DNA from: an uncultured Desulfatitalea sp.
GTDB taxonomy: Bacteria; Desulfobacterota; Desulfobacteria; Desulfobacterales; Desulfosarcinaceae
Direction: 5' to 3'
Length of the DNA: 64,000 nt
Assembly (NCBI GenBank): GCA_963668675.2
Contig: CAXXMB010000002.1
Span: forward strand, 320,001 to 384,000
Numbering within the stretch: the stretch's first letter is position 1; each line of letters opens with the position of its first letter. Under the pieces are notes generated by a model. That model did no database searches. It was not told the DNA's origin and worked only from the letters and a program-made list of their open reading frames with translations. Below are positions 1-10,584 of this stretch, piece by piece. Made by a program: the position numbers and the translations under genes.

Positions 1-829
1 TCGCCTCTTTGAGCGCGTACATGCAGCAGACGCTGGAGCAGTAGGAGACATCTTCGCGGTTGATGCCGCGCGATCCAGCGCATTGGATCCAGGCCACCCG
101 CTTGGGCTGCTTCTTGTCCGACGGGCGCGTCAACTCTCCCAGGGTGGGACCCGAGGCCGACATGATCCGTTCATACTCGAGACCGGTCACCACGTTGGGC
201 AGGCGTCCATGGCCGAAATGGTCCAGCTTGCCCGGATCGAAAAGATCGGCGCCGGTGGCCAGAACGATGGCGCTCACCTCACGGGTCAGCTGCCTCTCCT
301 TGTCATCGACAACGATGGCACCCACCGGGCAACACTTGACCAGGCCCTCCACATCCTTGCAGGCGTCCATGTCGACGGAGAAGGCCTGGGGTGTGGCCTG
401 GGGATAGCGCATACAGGTCGGTGCGCGGTGATCGAGACCGGGAATGAAGCGCACGCATTCGGGAAATTGTTTGTGGCACTCCCCGCACGCCGTGCACTTC
501 TCTGTGTCGATGTAGCGCGGCGTACTGGTCAGGGTCACCTTGAAATTTCCGGCTTCACCGTCGACGCCGCTCAACTGGGTCAGCGGCATCAGATCGATGT
601 GTTTTTGCCGGGAGCCGGAAGAGAGCCGCGGTGAAATGGTGCACAAATCACAGTTGTTGGTTGGGAAGGTGCGGTCCAGCTGGGTCATCAATCCGCCAAT
701 GGATGCGGCCTTGTCGATGAGCAGCACGTCTTTGCGCGCTTCCGACAGGTCCATGGCCGTCTTGATACCGCCGACACCACCACCTATGACGAGAATCGGT
801 TTGTTGAGATCTGCTGTCTGGTCTGTCAT
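1..829 (-). CDS. hdrA: HdrA-like FAD/Fe-S oxidoreductase (heterodisulfide reductase subunit A family), 5' part; runs off the window
   Basis: Not in the ORF track. Manual translation from ATG at 829: MTDQTADLNKPILVIGGGVGG (FAD-binding), GGLMTQLDRTFPTNNCDLC, RYIDTEKCTACGEC, AIVLATG, VAWIQCAGSR, YCSSVCCMYALKEA at the window edge; these are HdrA hallmarks. Confidence 0.9.
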   Translation of the reverse strand, partial: MTDQTADLNKPILVIGGGVGGIKTAMDLSEARKDVLLIDKAASIGGLMTQLDRTFPTNNCDLCTISPRLSSGSRQKHIDLMPLTQLSGVDGEAGNFKVTLTSTPRYIDTEKCTACGECHKQFPECVRFIPGLDHRAPTCMRYPQATPQAFSVDMDACKDVEGLVKCCPVGAIVVDDKERQLTREVSAIVLATGADLFDPGKLDHFGHGRLPNVVTGLEYERIMSASGPTLGELTRPSDKKQPKRVAWIQCAGSRGINREDVSYCSSVCCMYALKEA

Positions 830-994
830 TGGTCCATTACTCGCTTTGATTGGAATTTGGATTTATCTTTCCGCCTGCGACGGCCACCGGGCCGCGCCCC
901 GGGCGCAACCTGGCATAACTCATGCCCAGGCAGGCGTTGCTTATTTAATTGAACCGGCGCCGTCCGGCCGACACTGTACAAATAGGCCGACCGG

Positions 995-1867
995 TTAGAT
1001 TTCGCCATAATCGAGAATCGAAGCCAGCCGGTGCTCCCATCCGAGGGTTTCGATCTTCACGCCGGCCACCTTCTCCTTGAGGGCGACGATGGTCTCTCCC
1101 GCAATGCGCAGGCATTCGTTCTCACGATCCGAAGCCTTACGAATCCGCCCGATCAGCGCCTCGGTGACACCGGCGCCGGGCTCGTTCAGGGCGATGTAGC
1201 GGGCAATACCGACCGACTTGAGCAGAAAGATGGTCGCGATCACCGGAACCCCCAGTGCTTTGAACTGGGAGAGAATCGGCTCGCAGCGCGCCACGTCGAA
1301 TACCGGCGGCGTCACGATAAACTGTGCACCGGCGTCGACCTTCTCCTTGGCCGCTGCGACGGCTGCGGCCATCTCGGCGTCGTTGCCGAAAGAGGGCACG
1401 GTGCACCCAAAGGTGAAGCGCGGGGCCCCTTCCAGATCGAAACCGGCCAGATCCTTTCCCTCCTGGAGTGTCTGGACAGCCTTCAGGAGCCCGACCTCAT
1501 CCAGATCGTCCACGGGCTTGGCCTCTCGATGGTCGCCATTCTCCATGGTTTCGCTGTGCACCACGATCAGGTTCTGGATACCCAGAACATGGGCTGCCAG
1601 CAGATCGCCCTGCAGGGCCATGCGATTGCGGTCCCGGCAGTAGGTATGGATGATGGCCTCGATCCCCTGCTGCTGCATCAAAACACCGCCGGCCAGTGCG
1701 CTCATGCGCATGACGCCGTTGTCCATGTCGGGAACAGTGACTGCATCCACCCTGCCCTTGATTCTACGAGCGTTGGTGATGAGCTGAGAGATATCCACAC
1801 CTTTGGGGGTATTCATCTCAGCCAAAACCACAAATTCGCCAGATGCTAACCGTTTTTGAAAACTCAT
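995..1867 (-). CDS. Methylenetetrahydrofolate reductase (MetF)-like flavoprotein, divergent
   Basis: MTHFR motifs: E-x-x-x-PKG, CRDRNRMALQGDLLAAHVLGIQN, KEKVDAGAQFIVT..VFD; several catalytic positions are altered. Confidence 0.85.
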   Translation of the reverse strand: MSFQKRLASGEFVVLAEMNTPKGVDISQLITNARRIKGRVDAVTVPDMDNGVMRMSALAGGVLMQQQGIEAIIHTYCRDRNRMALQGDLLAAHVLGIQNLIVVHSETMENGDHREAKPVDDLDEVGLLKAVQTLQEGKDLAGFDLEGAPRFTFGCTVPSFGNDAEMAAAVAAAKEKVDAGAQFIVTPPVFDVARCEPILSQFKALGVPVIATIFLLKSVGIARYIALNEPGAGVTEALIGRIRKASDRENECLRIAGETIVALKEKVAGVKIETLGWEHRLASILDYGEI

Positions 1868-1986
1868 GGCTCCCCTTTTTCTTCTCGTAATCTATTCTGG
1901 TTTCTCATTCGCCCAGGTACCTGGCAAATGGCCTCTACGCCTCACTTATTGGTTCTCATCGCCGGCGTCCCTCCTGGCACGCAATC

Positions 1987-2226
1987 TCAGCGCTTGCGCA
2001 GGAAAACGCGAATCGGCGCATCGTCCTTCTCGTCCATGGCGATCACTTCGTACGAGACATCCGGCAGTAGTCGAAACAGATCGGATCGGGTATCTGCGTC
2101 CAGGCCGAGCACCTCCAGCGTCTGATTCGACCGCATCTCCCTGAAGACTCGGCTCAGTTTGAGCATGGCCAGGGGTGAGATGGCGCCTCGAAAATCGAGG
2201 CTGTAATCTACCTTATTTTCGGCCAA
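1987..2226 (-). CDS. SirA/TusA-like small protein lacking the CPxP cysteine
   Basis: LDFRGAISPLAMLKL...LEVL..D fits the TusA fold pattern; likely TTG start at 2226 behind an AAAGGAG RBS. Confidence 0.75.
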   Translation of the reverse strand: MAENKVDYSLDFRGAISPLAMLKLSRVFREMRSNQTLEVLGLDADTRSDLFRLLPDVSYEVIAMDEKDDAPIRVFLRKR

Positions 2227-2276
2227 CTGTACACCGCTCCTTTGGAAATTTTGCACAAAGTAAAAGGGAGTGAATA

Positions 2277-2292
2277 TGCAGCCCTTATGCCA
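2277..2292 (-). promoter_or_regulatory. sigma54 (-24/-12) promoter for the tusA-like/metF-like/hdrA unit
   Basis: Minus strand TGGCAT-AAGGG-CTGCA, correct GG-N10-GC spacing; divergent sigma54 activator is adjacent. Confidence 0.75.
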
Positions 2293-2390
2293 TCAGCGGA
2301 GTGTTCGAATAGAAAATGGAATATTTGATTTGAATTCAGTCGATTATAGAATATTGAGACGAAAAGGGCCCGCGCCCATTGCCCGCAAGG

Positions 2391-2438
2391 TGTTAAAATG
2401 GTAAAGAGATTTTTTTTGACATGTGTTAAAGTTTAACA
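2391..2438. promoter_or_regulatory. Paired upstream activator sites for the enhancer-binding protein
   Basis: Perfect palindrome TGTTAAA-G-TTTAACA (2424-2438) and a half-conserved copy TGTTAAAATGGTAAA (2391-2405), 33 bp apart, about 100-145 bp upstream of the sigma54 site. Confidence 0.6.
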
Positions 2439-2448
2439 GGACGATGCG

Positions 2449-3897
<1,449 letters not shown>

Positions 3898-3955
3898 GGC
3901 TACCTGCATCCCGTGACTTTCGATAAAAAAGGGGCAAGGATAGACGCAAGGAGGC

Positions 3956-5326
3956 ATGATGGACGATGCATCCATCCTCGATATCGATCTATCAGACATG
4001 CGCGCTGATGCGGAGGCGATCTTCCATGCCGGCCTGCACGCCGCCCAGCCGGACGCGGCCATCAAGCGCCTCTGCCATCGGGAAGAGAACCATCTCCGGA
4101 TCGGCGAGCACCGCTTCGACCTGACCGCCATCGACCGGGTCCTGGTCATTGGCGCCGGCAAAGCCACCGCGGTGATGGCCCTGGCCATCGAAGAGATCCT
4201 GGGGGATCGCATCGATGACGGCGTCATCAGTGTCAAATACGGCCACACGGCGCACTTGAAGCGTATCCGGATCATTGAAGCAGGACACCCCCTGCCCGAC
4301 GCCAATGGCGTGGCCGCCTCCCGCGCCATTGTGTCGATGGCTGCCGGGGCCGGCAGTTCGGACCTTGTCATCGTGCTGCTCTCCGGCGGCGGGTCGGCCC
4401 TCACCCCGATGCCGGCCGACGGTATCGAACTGAAAGATAAACAGGCCACCACCGATCTTCTGCTGACCTGCGGCGCAACCATCCATGAGATCAACGCCAT
4501 CCGCAAACACCTCTCCGGCATCAAAGGCGGCCGGCTGGCCCAGGCCGCCGCGCCCGCCACCACGATCGCCCTCATTCTCTCGGATGTGGTCGGTGACGAT
4601 CTCGATGTGATCGCCTCGGGCCCCACCGTGCCTGACCGTACGACGTTTGACGACTGTCTGGAGATTGTCCGGCGCTATGACATTGAAAAACGGTTGCCGC
4701 CCAATGTCGCCAAACGCTTCGATGCCGGCGCCAGGGGAGATCTTCCCGAGACACCCAAATCGGTGACGTACGACGGACACCTCACCCTTAATATGATCGT
4801 GGGCAGTAACCGCCAGGCTCTTCAGGCCGCCGCCCGTGCCGCAGCGGACCGCGGATACCACCCCCTCATCCTCTCGTCATGCATCGAAGGAGAGGCCCGC
4901 ACGGTGGCACGCACGCATACCGCCATTGCCCGGGAAGTCCTCGCCTCGGGCAACCCCCTGCCGCCGCCGGCCTGCATCCTCTCCGGCGGAGAGACGACCG
5001 TGGTCGTCATAGGAGATGGTCGCGGCGGCCGCAATCAGGAGTTCGCCCTGGCCGCCGCCATCGAAATCGAAGCCAAGGCGGCCATCGTCATGCTGTCGGC
5101 CGGCACCGACGGCACCGACGGCCCCACCGATGCGGCTGGCGCGTTTGCCGACCACACCACAGCCGACCGGGCCGCACGCAAGGGGCTGGACATTCGACGC
5201 CATCTGTCTAATAATGATGCATACCCGCTTTTCGAGGCTTTGAGCGACCTTCTGATCACCGGCCCCACGGGAACCAATGTGATGGACATGAACATCATCC
5301 TCGTGAAGGCACCACATCCAAAGTAG
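3956..5326 (+). CDS. Glycerate 2-kinase / hydroxypyruvate reductase (MOFRL family)
   Basis: GAGKA, EAGHPLPD, LLSGGGSAL, IKGGRLA, SGGETTV, GRGGRNQE, GTDGTDG, TGPTGTNVMD. Confidence 0.93.
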   Translation: MMDDASILDIDLSDMRADAEAIFHAGLHAAQPDAAIKRLCHREENHLRIGEHRFDLTAIDRVLVIGAGKATAVMALAIEEILGDRIDDGVISVKYGHTAHLKRIRIIEAGHPLPDANGVAASRAIVSMAAGAGSSDLVIVLLSGGGSALTPMPADGIELKDKQATTDLLLTCGATIHEINAIRKHLSGIKGGRLAQAAAPATTIALILSDVVGDDLDVIASGPTVPDRTTFDDCLEIVRRYDIEKRLPPNVAKRFDAGARGDLPETPKSVTYDGHLTLNMIVGSNRQALQAAARAAADRGYHPLILSSCIEGEARTVARTHTAIAREVLASGNPLPPPACILSGGETTVVVIGDGRGGRNQEFALAAAIEIEAKAAIVMLSAGTDGTDGPTDAAGAFADHTTADRAARKGLDIRRHLSNNDAYPLFEALSDLLITGPTGTNVMDMNIILVKAPHPK

Positions 5327-5489
5327 GATGAGAGATTAAATGCCAATGACGCAAATCGTTTGTGCTACCGATTCGGGCGGACATAAAGTCCGCCCGTTGC
5401 GTCACTCGAGTTAGGAATATTGATTTAAAAACAAAACCAAAGCAATAACGTGCCCAAGCAATAGGAGACACGGAGGATTCACAAACACA

Positions 5490-6362
5490 ATGCATTTCGA
5501 ACCGATTCAGCTCGAACGACAGGACGCCTATCTCAAACATCTCTCCCAGTGCAGCCAAATTGCATCCGACTACAGCTTCATCAACCTCTGGGGTTGGGGA
5601 GAAGAGTACGGCCTCGAGTGGGCCTGGCAGGATAACCTGGTCTGGATACGTCAGCAGAAGCCCCAACCCGCTCTCTGGGCGCCGGTGGGTGACTGGCGGG
5701 GTCTGGATTGGCCGGCCACACTGGCGAAGGTCGGGGCCGACGCCGATCGCTTCATCCGTGTGCCCGAAGCGCTGGCTTCAATCCTCCGGGAGACGGATGC
5801 GCTTTCGGTTGAGCCCAAAGAGACGCGCGACCACTGGGATTACCTCTACAGCATCGAAGAGCTGATTGCTTTAAAGGGCAACCGCTTCCACAAGAAGAAA
5901 AACCTGCTCAACCAGTTCATCAGAGGCTACGACTACGACTACCTTCCCTTCGGACCGCAGATGATCGACCAGGCCATGGCCATGCAGGAGGACTGGTGCG
6001 CATGGCGAGATTGCGAAAGCAACGACACCCTTGCGTCCGAAAATAAAGCCATCGCCCGGGTCCTTGACGCCTGGGACCAACTGCAGGGCATTACAGGTGG
6101 CGCCCTTCAGGTCGATGAAGTGATGGCCGCCTACACCATCGCAGAGACACTGCCGGACAACGCCCTGGTGATCCATTTCGAGAAGGGCTGTCCCGACTTC
6201 AAAGGCAGCTACCAGGCCATCAACCAGATGTTTCTGGCCAACGCCCCCGAAGGCCCCACCCTCGTCAACCGGGAACAGGACATCGGCGACGAGGGGTTGC
6301 GCAAGGCCAAACTCTCCTACCACCCGGTGGATTTCATCAAAAAGTATCAGGTAGAGGTGTGA
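5490..6362 (+). CDS. DUF2156 / aminoacyl-PG-synthase-like GNAT protein
   Basis: SDYSFINLWGW, DYLY...LKGNRFHKKKN, IHFEKG, NREQDIGDEGLRKAKLSYHP. Confidence 0.85.
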   Translation: MHFEPIQLERQDAYLKHLSQCSQIASDYSFINLWGWGEEYGLEWAWQDNLVWIRQQKPQPALWAPVGDWRGLDWPATLAKVGADADRFIRVPEALASILRETDALSVEPKETRDHWDYLYSIEELIALKGNRFHKKKNLLNQFIRGYDYDYLPFGPQMIDQAMAMQEDWCAWRDCESNDTLASENKAIARVLDAWDQLQGITGGALQVDEVMAAYTIAETLPDNALVIHFEKGCPDFKGSYQAINQMFLANAPEGPTLVNREQDIGDEGLRKAKLSYHPVDFIKKYQVEV

Positions 6363-6392
6363 CGGCCTGAATCGTCACTATGATGTTTTGCC

Positions 6393-7235
6393 TCAATCAG
6401 AAGCTGTATTAGCAGGAACGCATCGGCAGGCGCTGAACTGACGCCACACGTTGGCCGCCGCCCACACCAGGGCGGCAATCATCAGCACAATGCCGGTGCC
6501 CTGGGCCATGGAGGCCAAAGTGTGATCCAGCTTCAGCATATCAAGCTTTCTAAGAATAAATTCCCAATCATGATAATCGGGCACATCCTTGCCTGTCACA
6601 CCGCCCAGCAGCATTAAATTCAACGACCGGGCATCGTTGATATAGGGCGCGATGTCCATGAAACTTTCGGCCAGCCACCACAGCGCCACGGCTGCGCCAA
6701 AAGCATCGCGGGTATGCAGCAGCAAAACGCCCATGCAGATCGCCGGCATCAGCAACTGGCCGAGCGTACCGCCCAGCACATGGATGAACCGCCCCAGCGG
6801 GCTGAAGATAATGTGCCCCGCCTCGTGAAACGGTAGGTTCACCAGGTGCATGAAGCTGCGCCCCGCCGCATTGGACTCAATGGAGGCAGACAGAAAAGAG
6901 CAACTCCAGATGGCCAGCAGCACCAGCAGCACAGCCCTGCCCCCAATGACGAGTGGGTTGGGATCGACAGGCACCGGGAGCAAGAGGGTTTTGACAGCTC
7001 CAACGGCCTGTATTTCGCTATCATTAATGACTGCCGCCGCAGAAAGAGGCTGCTCATCTGGGTAGCGGTCTACCCGGAGCACCCCACTGGTCTTGGCAAA
7101 AATAACACCACAGCGCGCACACTCCACTCTGTCTTCAGGCTGCTGAAAATCACATTTAGGGCAAATCATAAATCCGTCATCGTCTCTTTTGCCCATATCC
7201 TTTAATGGAAGCATTGGCGACAACCTCAATTCCAC
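6393..7235 (-). CDS. Zinc-ribbon membrane protein with HExxH motif (M50B-like metallopeptidase region)
   Basis: CPKC...CARC N-terminal; NLPFHEAGH, GGTLGQLLMP, YINDAR, HDW; several hydrophobic segments. Start may be 7214. Confidence 0.75.
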   Translation of the reverse strand: MELRLSPMLPLKDMGKRDDDGFMICPKCDFQQPEDRVECARCGVIFAKTSGVLRVDRYPDEQPLSAAAVINDSEIQAVGAVKTLLLPVPVDPNPLVIGGRAVLLVLLAIWSCSFLSASIESNAAGRSFMHLVNLPFHEAGHIIFSPLGRFIHVLGGTLGQLLMPAICMGVLLLHTRDAFGAAVALWWLAESFMDIAPYINDARSLNLMLLGGVTGKDVPDYHDWEFILRKLDMLKLDHTLASMAQGTGIVLMIAALVWAAANVWRQFSACRCVPANTASD

Positions 7236-7283
7236 CTTTCAGCCACGCTTCATGCGAAAGGATCAGATAGACATGTGTTGCCC

Positions 7284-7700
7284 CTATTGCATCTTCATCA
7301 TGGCCGATTGGAGTTTCTCCATTGCGGCTGCGACCTGGGGATCTTTCATGTACTGCATCGATTTCATGAAGGTCTGAGGCAACCTTTTCGCAACCTGCTC
7401 GGCCTTTTCTGAAAGCGGCCTCAGCTCTTCGGGCATCTTGGATTTATCCTGCCACTCAACATATTTACCGCTTAGCTCTTTCATCTCAGGCGCCAGAACG
7501 TCCATTTTTTCGGCGAACGTCTCGATGGCCTCGGCAACCGAACCGGCATCGCTGGCACTGTCAATCCTGTTAGAATACTCCTCCATGGCTTCAACATACT
7601 TGGTGTTCACTTCGATAAAATCATCGTACTTCGCCTTGCTGCACCCCAGAAGAGTCAACACTCCGGATAGAATAATGCATGTGAGTAGTCGTTTGTTCAT
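7284..7700 (-). CDS. Hypothetical helical lipoprotein
   Basis: Lipoprotein signal ending LLGC; GGGAG RBS upstream. Confidence 0.8.
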   Translation of the reverse strand: MNKRLLTCIILSGVLTLLGCSKAKYDDFIEVNTKYVEAMEEYSNRIDSASDAGSVAEAIETFAEKMDVLAPEMKELSGKYVEWQDKSKMPEELRPLSEKAEQVAKRLPQTFMKSMQYMKDPQVAAAMEKLQSAMMKMQ

Positions 7701-7760
7701 CTCTTTCTCCCTTTGATAGAAGTAACTTTTGAACCATGGGTGACCAGTTGGGCCCTTTCA

Positions 7761-8801
7761 TTATAGTCTGGAAAACCTTCCTAAAGCGGCCGCAACAAGC
7801 CCAATTGAACTCTCAACATCAGCCTTTAGTACGGAACTCATCGGCGAGTGGATATAGCGCGTCGGGACTGAGAGTGCAGTGGTTTTCACCCCCTGTCCTG
7901 TGGTCTGGCTGATGGCCGCATCGGTGGCACCGGTGTTCTTGACGATAACTTGGTGGGGAATTTTGGCGTTCTCTGCTGTCTCAACAAGAAAATCCACCAA
8001 CCGCCGATCTGCGATCATTCTCCCGTCAGAGATTCTAATTTCGGGCCCTTTTCCCTGAACGGTGGGTTGGGTATTGGGCGGTAGCTTAAGGCCGGGGGTA
8101 TCAGATGCGACCGTGCCCTCCAATGCAATGACGACCTGTGCCTGGGTCGAAAAAACGGCCGGGCCGGCCCCCCTCAATCCATACTCCTCCTGGGTGGATG
8201 CGATCAGGAAGAGGTCGCAGTCCAGTTTTTTGACCTGCTGTACTGCGCTCAGCATGATAAACAGACCCACACGGTCATCCAAGGCCTTGGCAAAAAAGGC
8301 GTGCTCATTCTCCCACCCGGCGGCGGCAAAAGTGACCGGGTCGCCTACTCTGACCTTTTTGTGGACCTGTTCGGCCGGCAGGCCCAGATCGATGAAACTC
8401 TCCTCAATAGGCAGGGCATTTTTGATATCCGGAGCGCTTGCTTTTTTTTGTAAGTGGGGCGGGATGCTGCCAACGATTCCGAGGAGATCCTGACGGCCAT
8501 GCACCGTCACCTTCTGAGCTCCGAAGACACGCGGGTCGATTCCCCCCACCGGCATGACCCGGACGAAGCCCTCGGGTTCGATTTTGCTTACCAGAAAACC
8601 AATTTCATCCATATGGGCAATCAATGCCACCCGGGGTCCGCTGCCGGGGATGTGTGCAATCAGGCTGCCCATGGCATCTGTACTGATGTTGGAAGCAAAC
8701 GCTGCTAACCTTGCGGAGACCAGATCGCGCACCTGCTCCTCGCGGCCCGATACACCTGGGGTCTCAACCAATTGACGCAACAAGGCATAATCACAATCCA
8801 T
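7761..8801 (-). CDS. M42 family metallo-aminopeptidase
   Basis: PGVSGREE, AHMDEIG, GGIDPR, KALDDRVG, QEEYGLRGA, PTRYIHSP; ATG at 8801 with AAGGAG RBS. Confidence 0.92.
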   Translation of the reverse strand: MDCDYALLRQLVETPGVSGREEQVRDLVSARLAAFASNISTDAMGSLIAHIPGSGPRVALIAHMDEIGFLVSKIEPEGFVRVMPVGGIDPRVFGAQKVTVHGRQDLLGIVGSIPPHLQKKASAPDIKNALPIEESFIDLGLPAEQVHKKVRVGDPVTFAAAGWENEHAFFAKALDDRVGLFIMLSAVQQVKKLDCDLFLIASTQEEYGLRGAGPAVFSTQAQVVIALEGTVASDTPGLKLPPNTQPTVQGKGPEIRISDGRMIADRRLVDFLVETAENAKIPHQVIVKNTGATDAAISQTTGQGVKTTALSVPTRYIHSPMSSVLKADVESSIGLVAAALGRFSRL

Positions 8802-8820
8802 GGACACTCTCCTTGGTGGG

Positions 8821-8851
8821 AAAAACAAGAGCCCTTGGCAGGCCAAGGGCT
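8821..8851 (-). terminator. Rho-independent terminator, probably the original tRNA-Met terminator displaced by the island
   Basis: Inverted repeat AGCCCTTGGC/GCCAAGGGCT followed on the minus strand by CTTGTTTTT; directly downstream of the displaced tRNA 3'-end copy. Confidence 0.7.
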
Positions 8852-8863
8852 TCATTGTTCAAA

Positions 8864-8887
8864 TGGTGGCGATGCCGGGATTTTAAC
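8864..8887 (-). repeat. att-site direct repeat (duplicate of the tRNA-Met 3' end)
   Basis: TGGTGGCGATGCCGGGATTTTAAC vs TGGTGGCGATGCAGGGACTTGAAC at 11353-11376: 21/24 identical. Confidence 0.85.
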
Positions 8888-9071
8888 ACAACCCTGTAAC
8901 CCACTAAAATCATTAAGGCCGATATTGACATATGACCATTTTCCGGCCCAATGGGTGACTAAAAAGCGACTAAAGTTTGGGACTACTAAATTTGTATTAT
9001 CCTGGCAATAAAAAAGGAAGGGGGCCGTTAAACCTATTCCCTGTGCTCCATCTTTTAGATGGCAACTATCC

Positions 9072-9620
9072 TCACTGAATCTGCTGTTTTAATCTCGCAA
9101 TGGTCCTTTCTATACTTCGGGTCTGCCTTTGAAAACGCCTTTCCAATGCGCTGCCCGATGCCGCTCGATCTAACTTATCTTGCACCGATTTGAGTCGTTT
9201 TTCATAATAGTTGATTCTGCTTTCAATTCGGCTTGATTTTCCGACAGAGTGCCAGATAGTAGTTCTTCTCTTAGATTCCCTGAAGACATGGACCTCAGAA
9301 ACCCGAATTTTGGAGGTTTTCCGTGAACGGGAATATATCGTAGCATAGCTGACTCCCTTCAAAATCGCCTTTAAAGCTCTCTCAAGAGAGACACCTGATA
9401 ATTCAACCGTAAGTCTTTTATTAAGCGATTGTGGGAACCAAACCCCTATGCCCACTTCTCGACTCAGTCTAAGCAATATGCTTTTCAGGTCTGCATCTTT
9501 TGTCGTCAAACTCAGTTTTTTATCTTCATAGTCCATCTGAAGTGTTGAACCCCAGACCGTTACTGGACACAAGAGTAGAAAGATTAAGATAAAAACGGAA
9601 AATCGACGGGTGAAATACAT
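9072..9620 (-). CDS. Secreted basic protein with a secretin N0/STN-like domain and C-terminal coiled coil
   Basis: Signal peptide; LSLTTKDADLKSILLRLS...LTVELSGVSLERALKAIL resembles N0/STN domains. Confidence 0.65.
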   Translation of the reverse strand: MYFTRRFSVFILIFLLLCPVTVWGSTLQMDYEDKKLSLTTKDADLKSILLRLSREVGIGVWFPQSLNKRLTVELSGVSLERALKAILKGVSYATIYSRSRKTSKIRVSEVHVFRESKRRTTIWHSVGKSSRIESRINYYEKRLKSVQDKLDRAASGSALERRFQRQTRSIERTIARLKQQIQ

Positions 9621-10038
9621 ACGAAATTTGTGGTCTGATCGAAGTTAATAAAATAAGCTAAACGGATCTTTTTTCTCAAACCATTGTATAGACATACCAG
9701 CATCTGCCGTTTGGTTCAAGTTGTCCTCGAGGCGGACGTTTCAGTGTTAATAAACTGTTTATATTTTTAATTATTGCAGTTTCTTGGCGAATGATAGTTG
9801 ATGGTTCCAAATATGTATGATCTTGGCAAAAAAAGTGGGCCGCCTATCCTATACTTTCGAAACGGGTCCCTGATAAAGGCCTCTGGCTATTTCAAATCGA
9901 ATGGGATATTTTAATTAATGGTGTATGCATCCTTTCCTTTTTTATGTCGTTTAACTGACGCCAAATAATCAGCCGAGGATGCACCGCTTATCTTGTTAAA
10001 CACAACCTTTGGCTATAGCGAATCGTTCGGAGGGGCAA

Positions 10039-10584
10039 ATGAAAAAATTATATATTCTTACTTTTGTTATCATTGCATTCTTATTGTGCACCGGCATTGC
10101 GTTTTCAGACAATAGAGAAGGTGAATCAGGAAAGGGGAACAGAAATACATCGGAATACAACCAGCGCCATTCAGACAAGAAAGAACATAGAGATGACCGG
10201 GAGTATAAGCCAAATGACAACAGTTATAAGGAAGAAGACAGGGGTCATAAGGTAGAAGCCCGTGGTTATAAGAAAAAAATGAAAGTCAAAGTCAAGGATT
10301 CTTCCAGACACAGTGACGCAAAAAAACGCCGTGATTACCAGAAGTACAATGGATACAGAGAGCGCCCCTACGAAAGAGACCGACATTACGAGCACCACAA
10401 CCATAAAGGACATCGGTATGAATACCATGGCCATTGGAGATCTTGGGATCAATGGGAGCGGTATAAAAAGGAACATCCAGACGTTTACAGAGAAGGAAAC
10501 TACTATCGAGAAAACGCCCACTTAATGTTTAGATTCCGCGATCCTGTGACCGGCGGCTATTTCTTCTTTTCTATCGGAAAGTAG
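10039..10584 (+). CDS. Secreted, highly charged low-complexity (K/R/H/E/Y-rich) hypothetical protein
   Basis: GGAGGGG RBS, MKKLYILTF...GIAFS signal peptide, open 181-codon frame. Confidence 0.7.
   Translation: MKKLYILTFVIIAFLLCTGIAFSDNREGESGKGNRNTSEYNQRHSDKKEHRDDREYKPNDNSYKEEDRGHKVEARGYKKKMKVKVKDSSRHSDAKKRRDYQKYNGYRERPYERDRHYEHHNHKGHRYEYHGHWRSWDQWERYKKEHPDVYREGNYYRENAHLMFRFRDPVTGGYFFFSIGK

Noticed and set aside
241..829. Selenocysteine (in-frame TGA) in the HdrA-like gene
   Set aside because: Manual translation of this stretch shows no in-frame TGA, and the frame is still in register at the window edge
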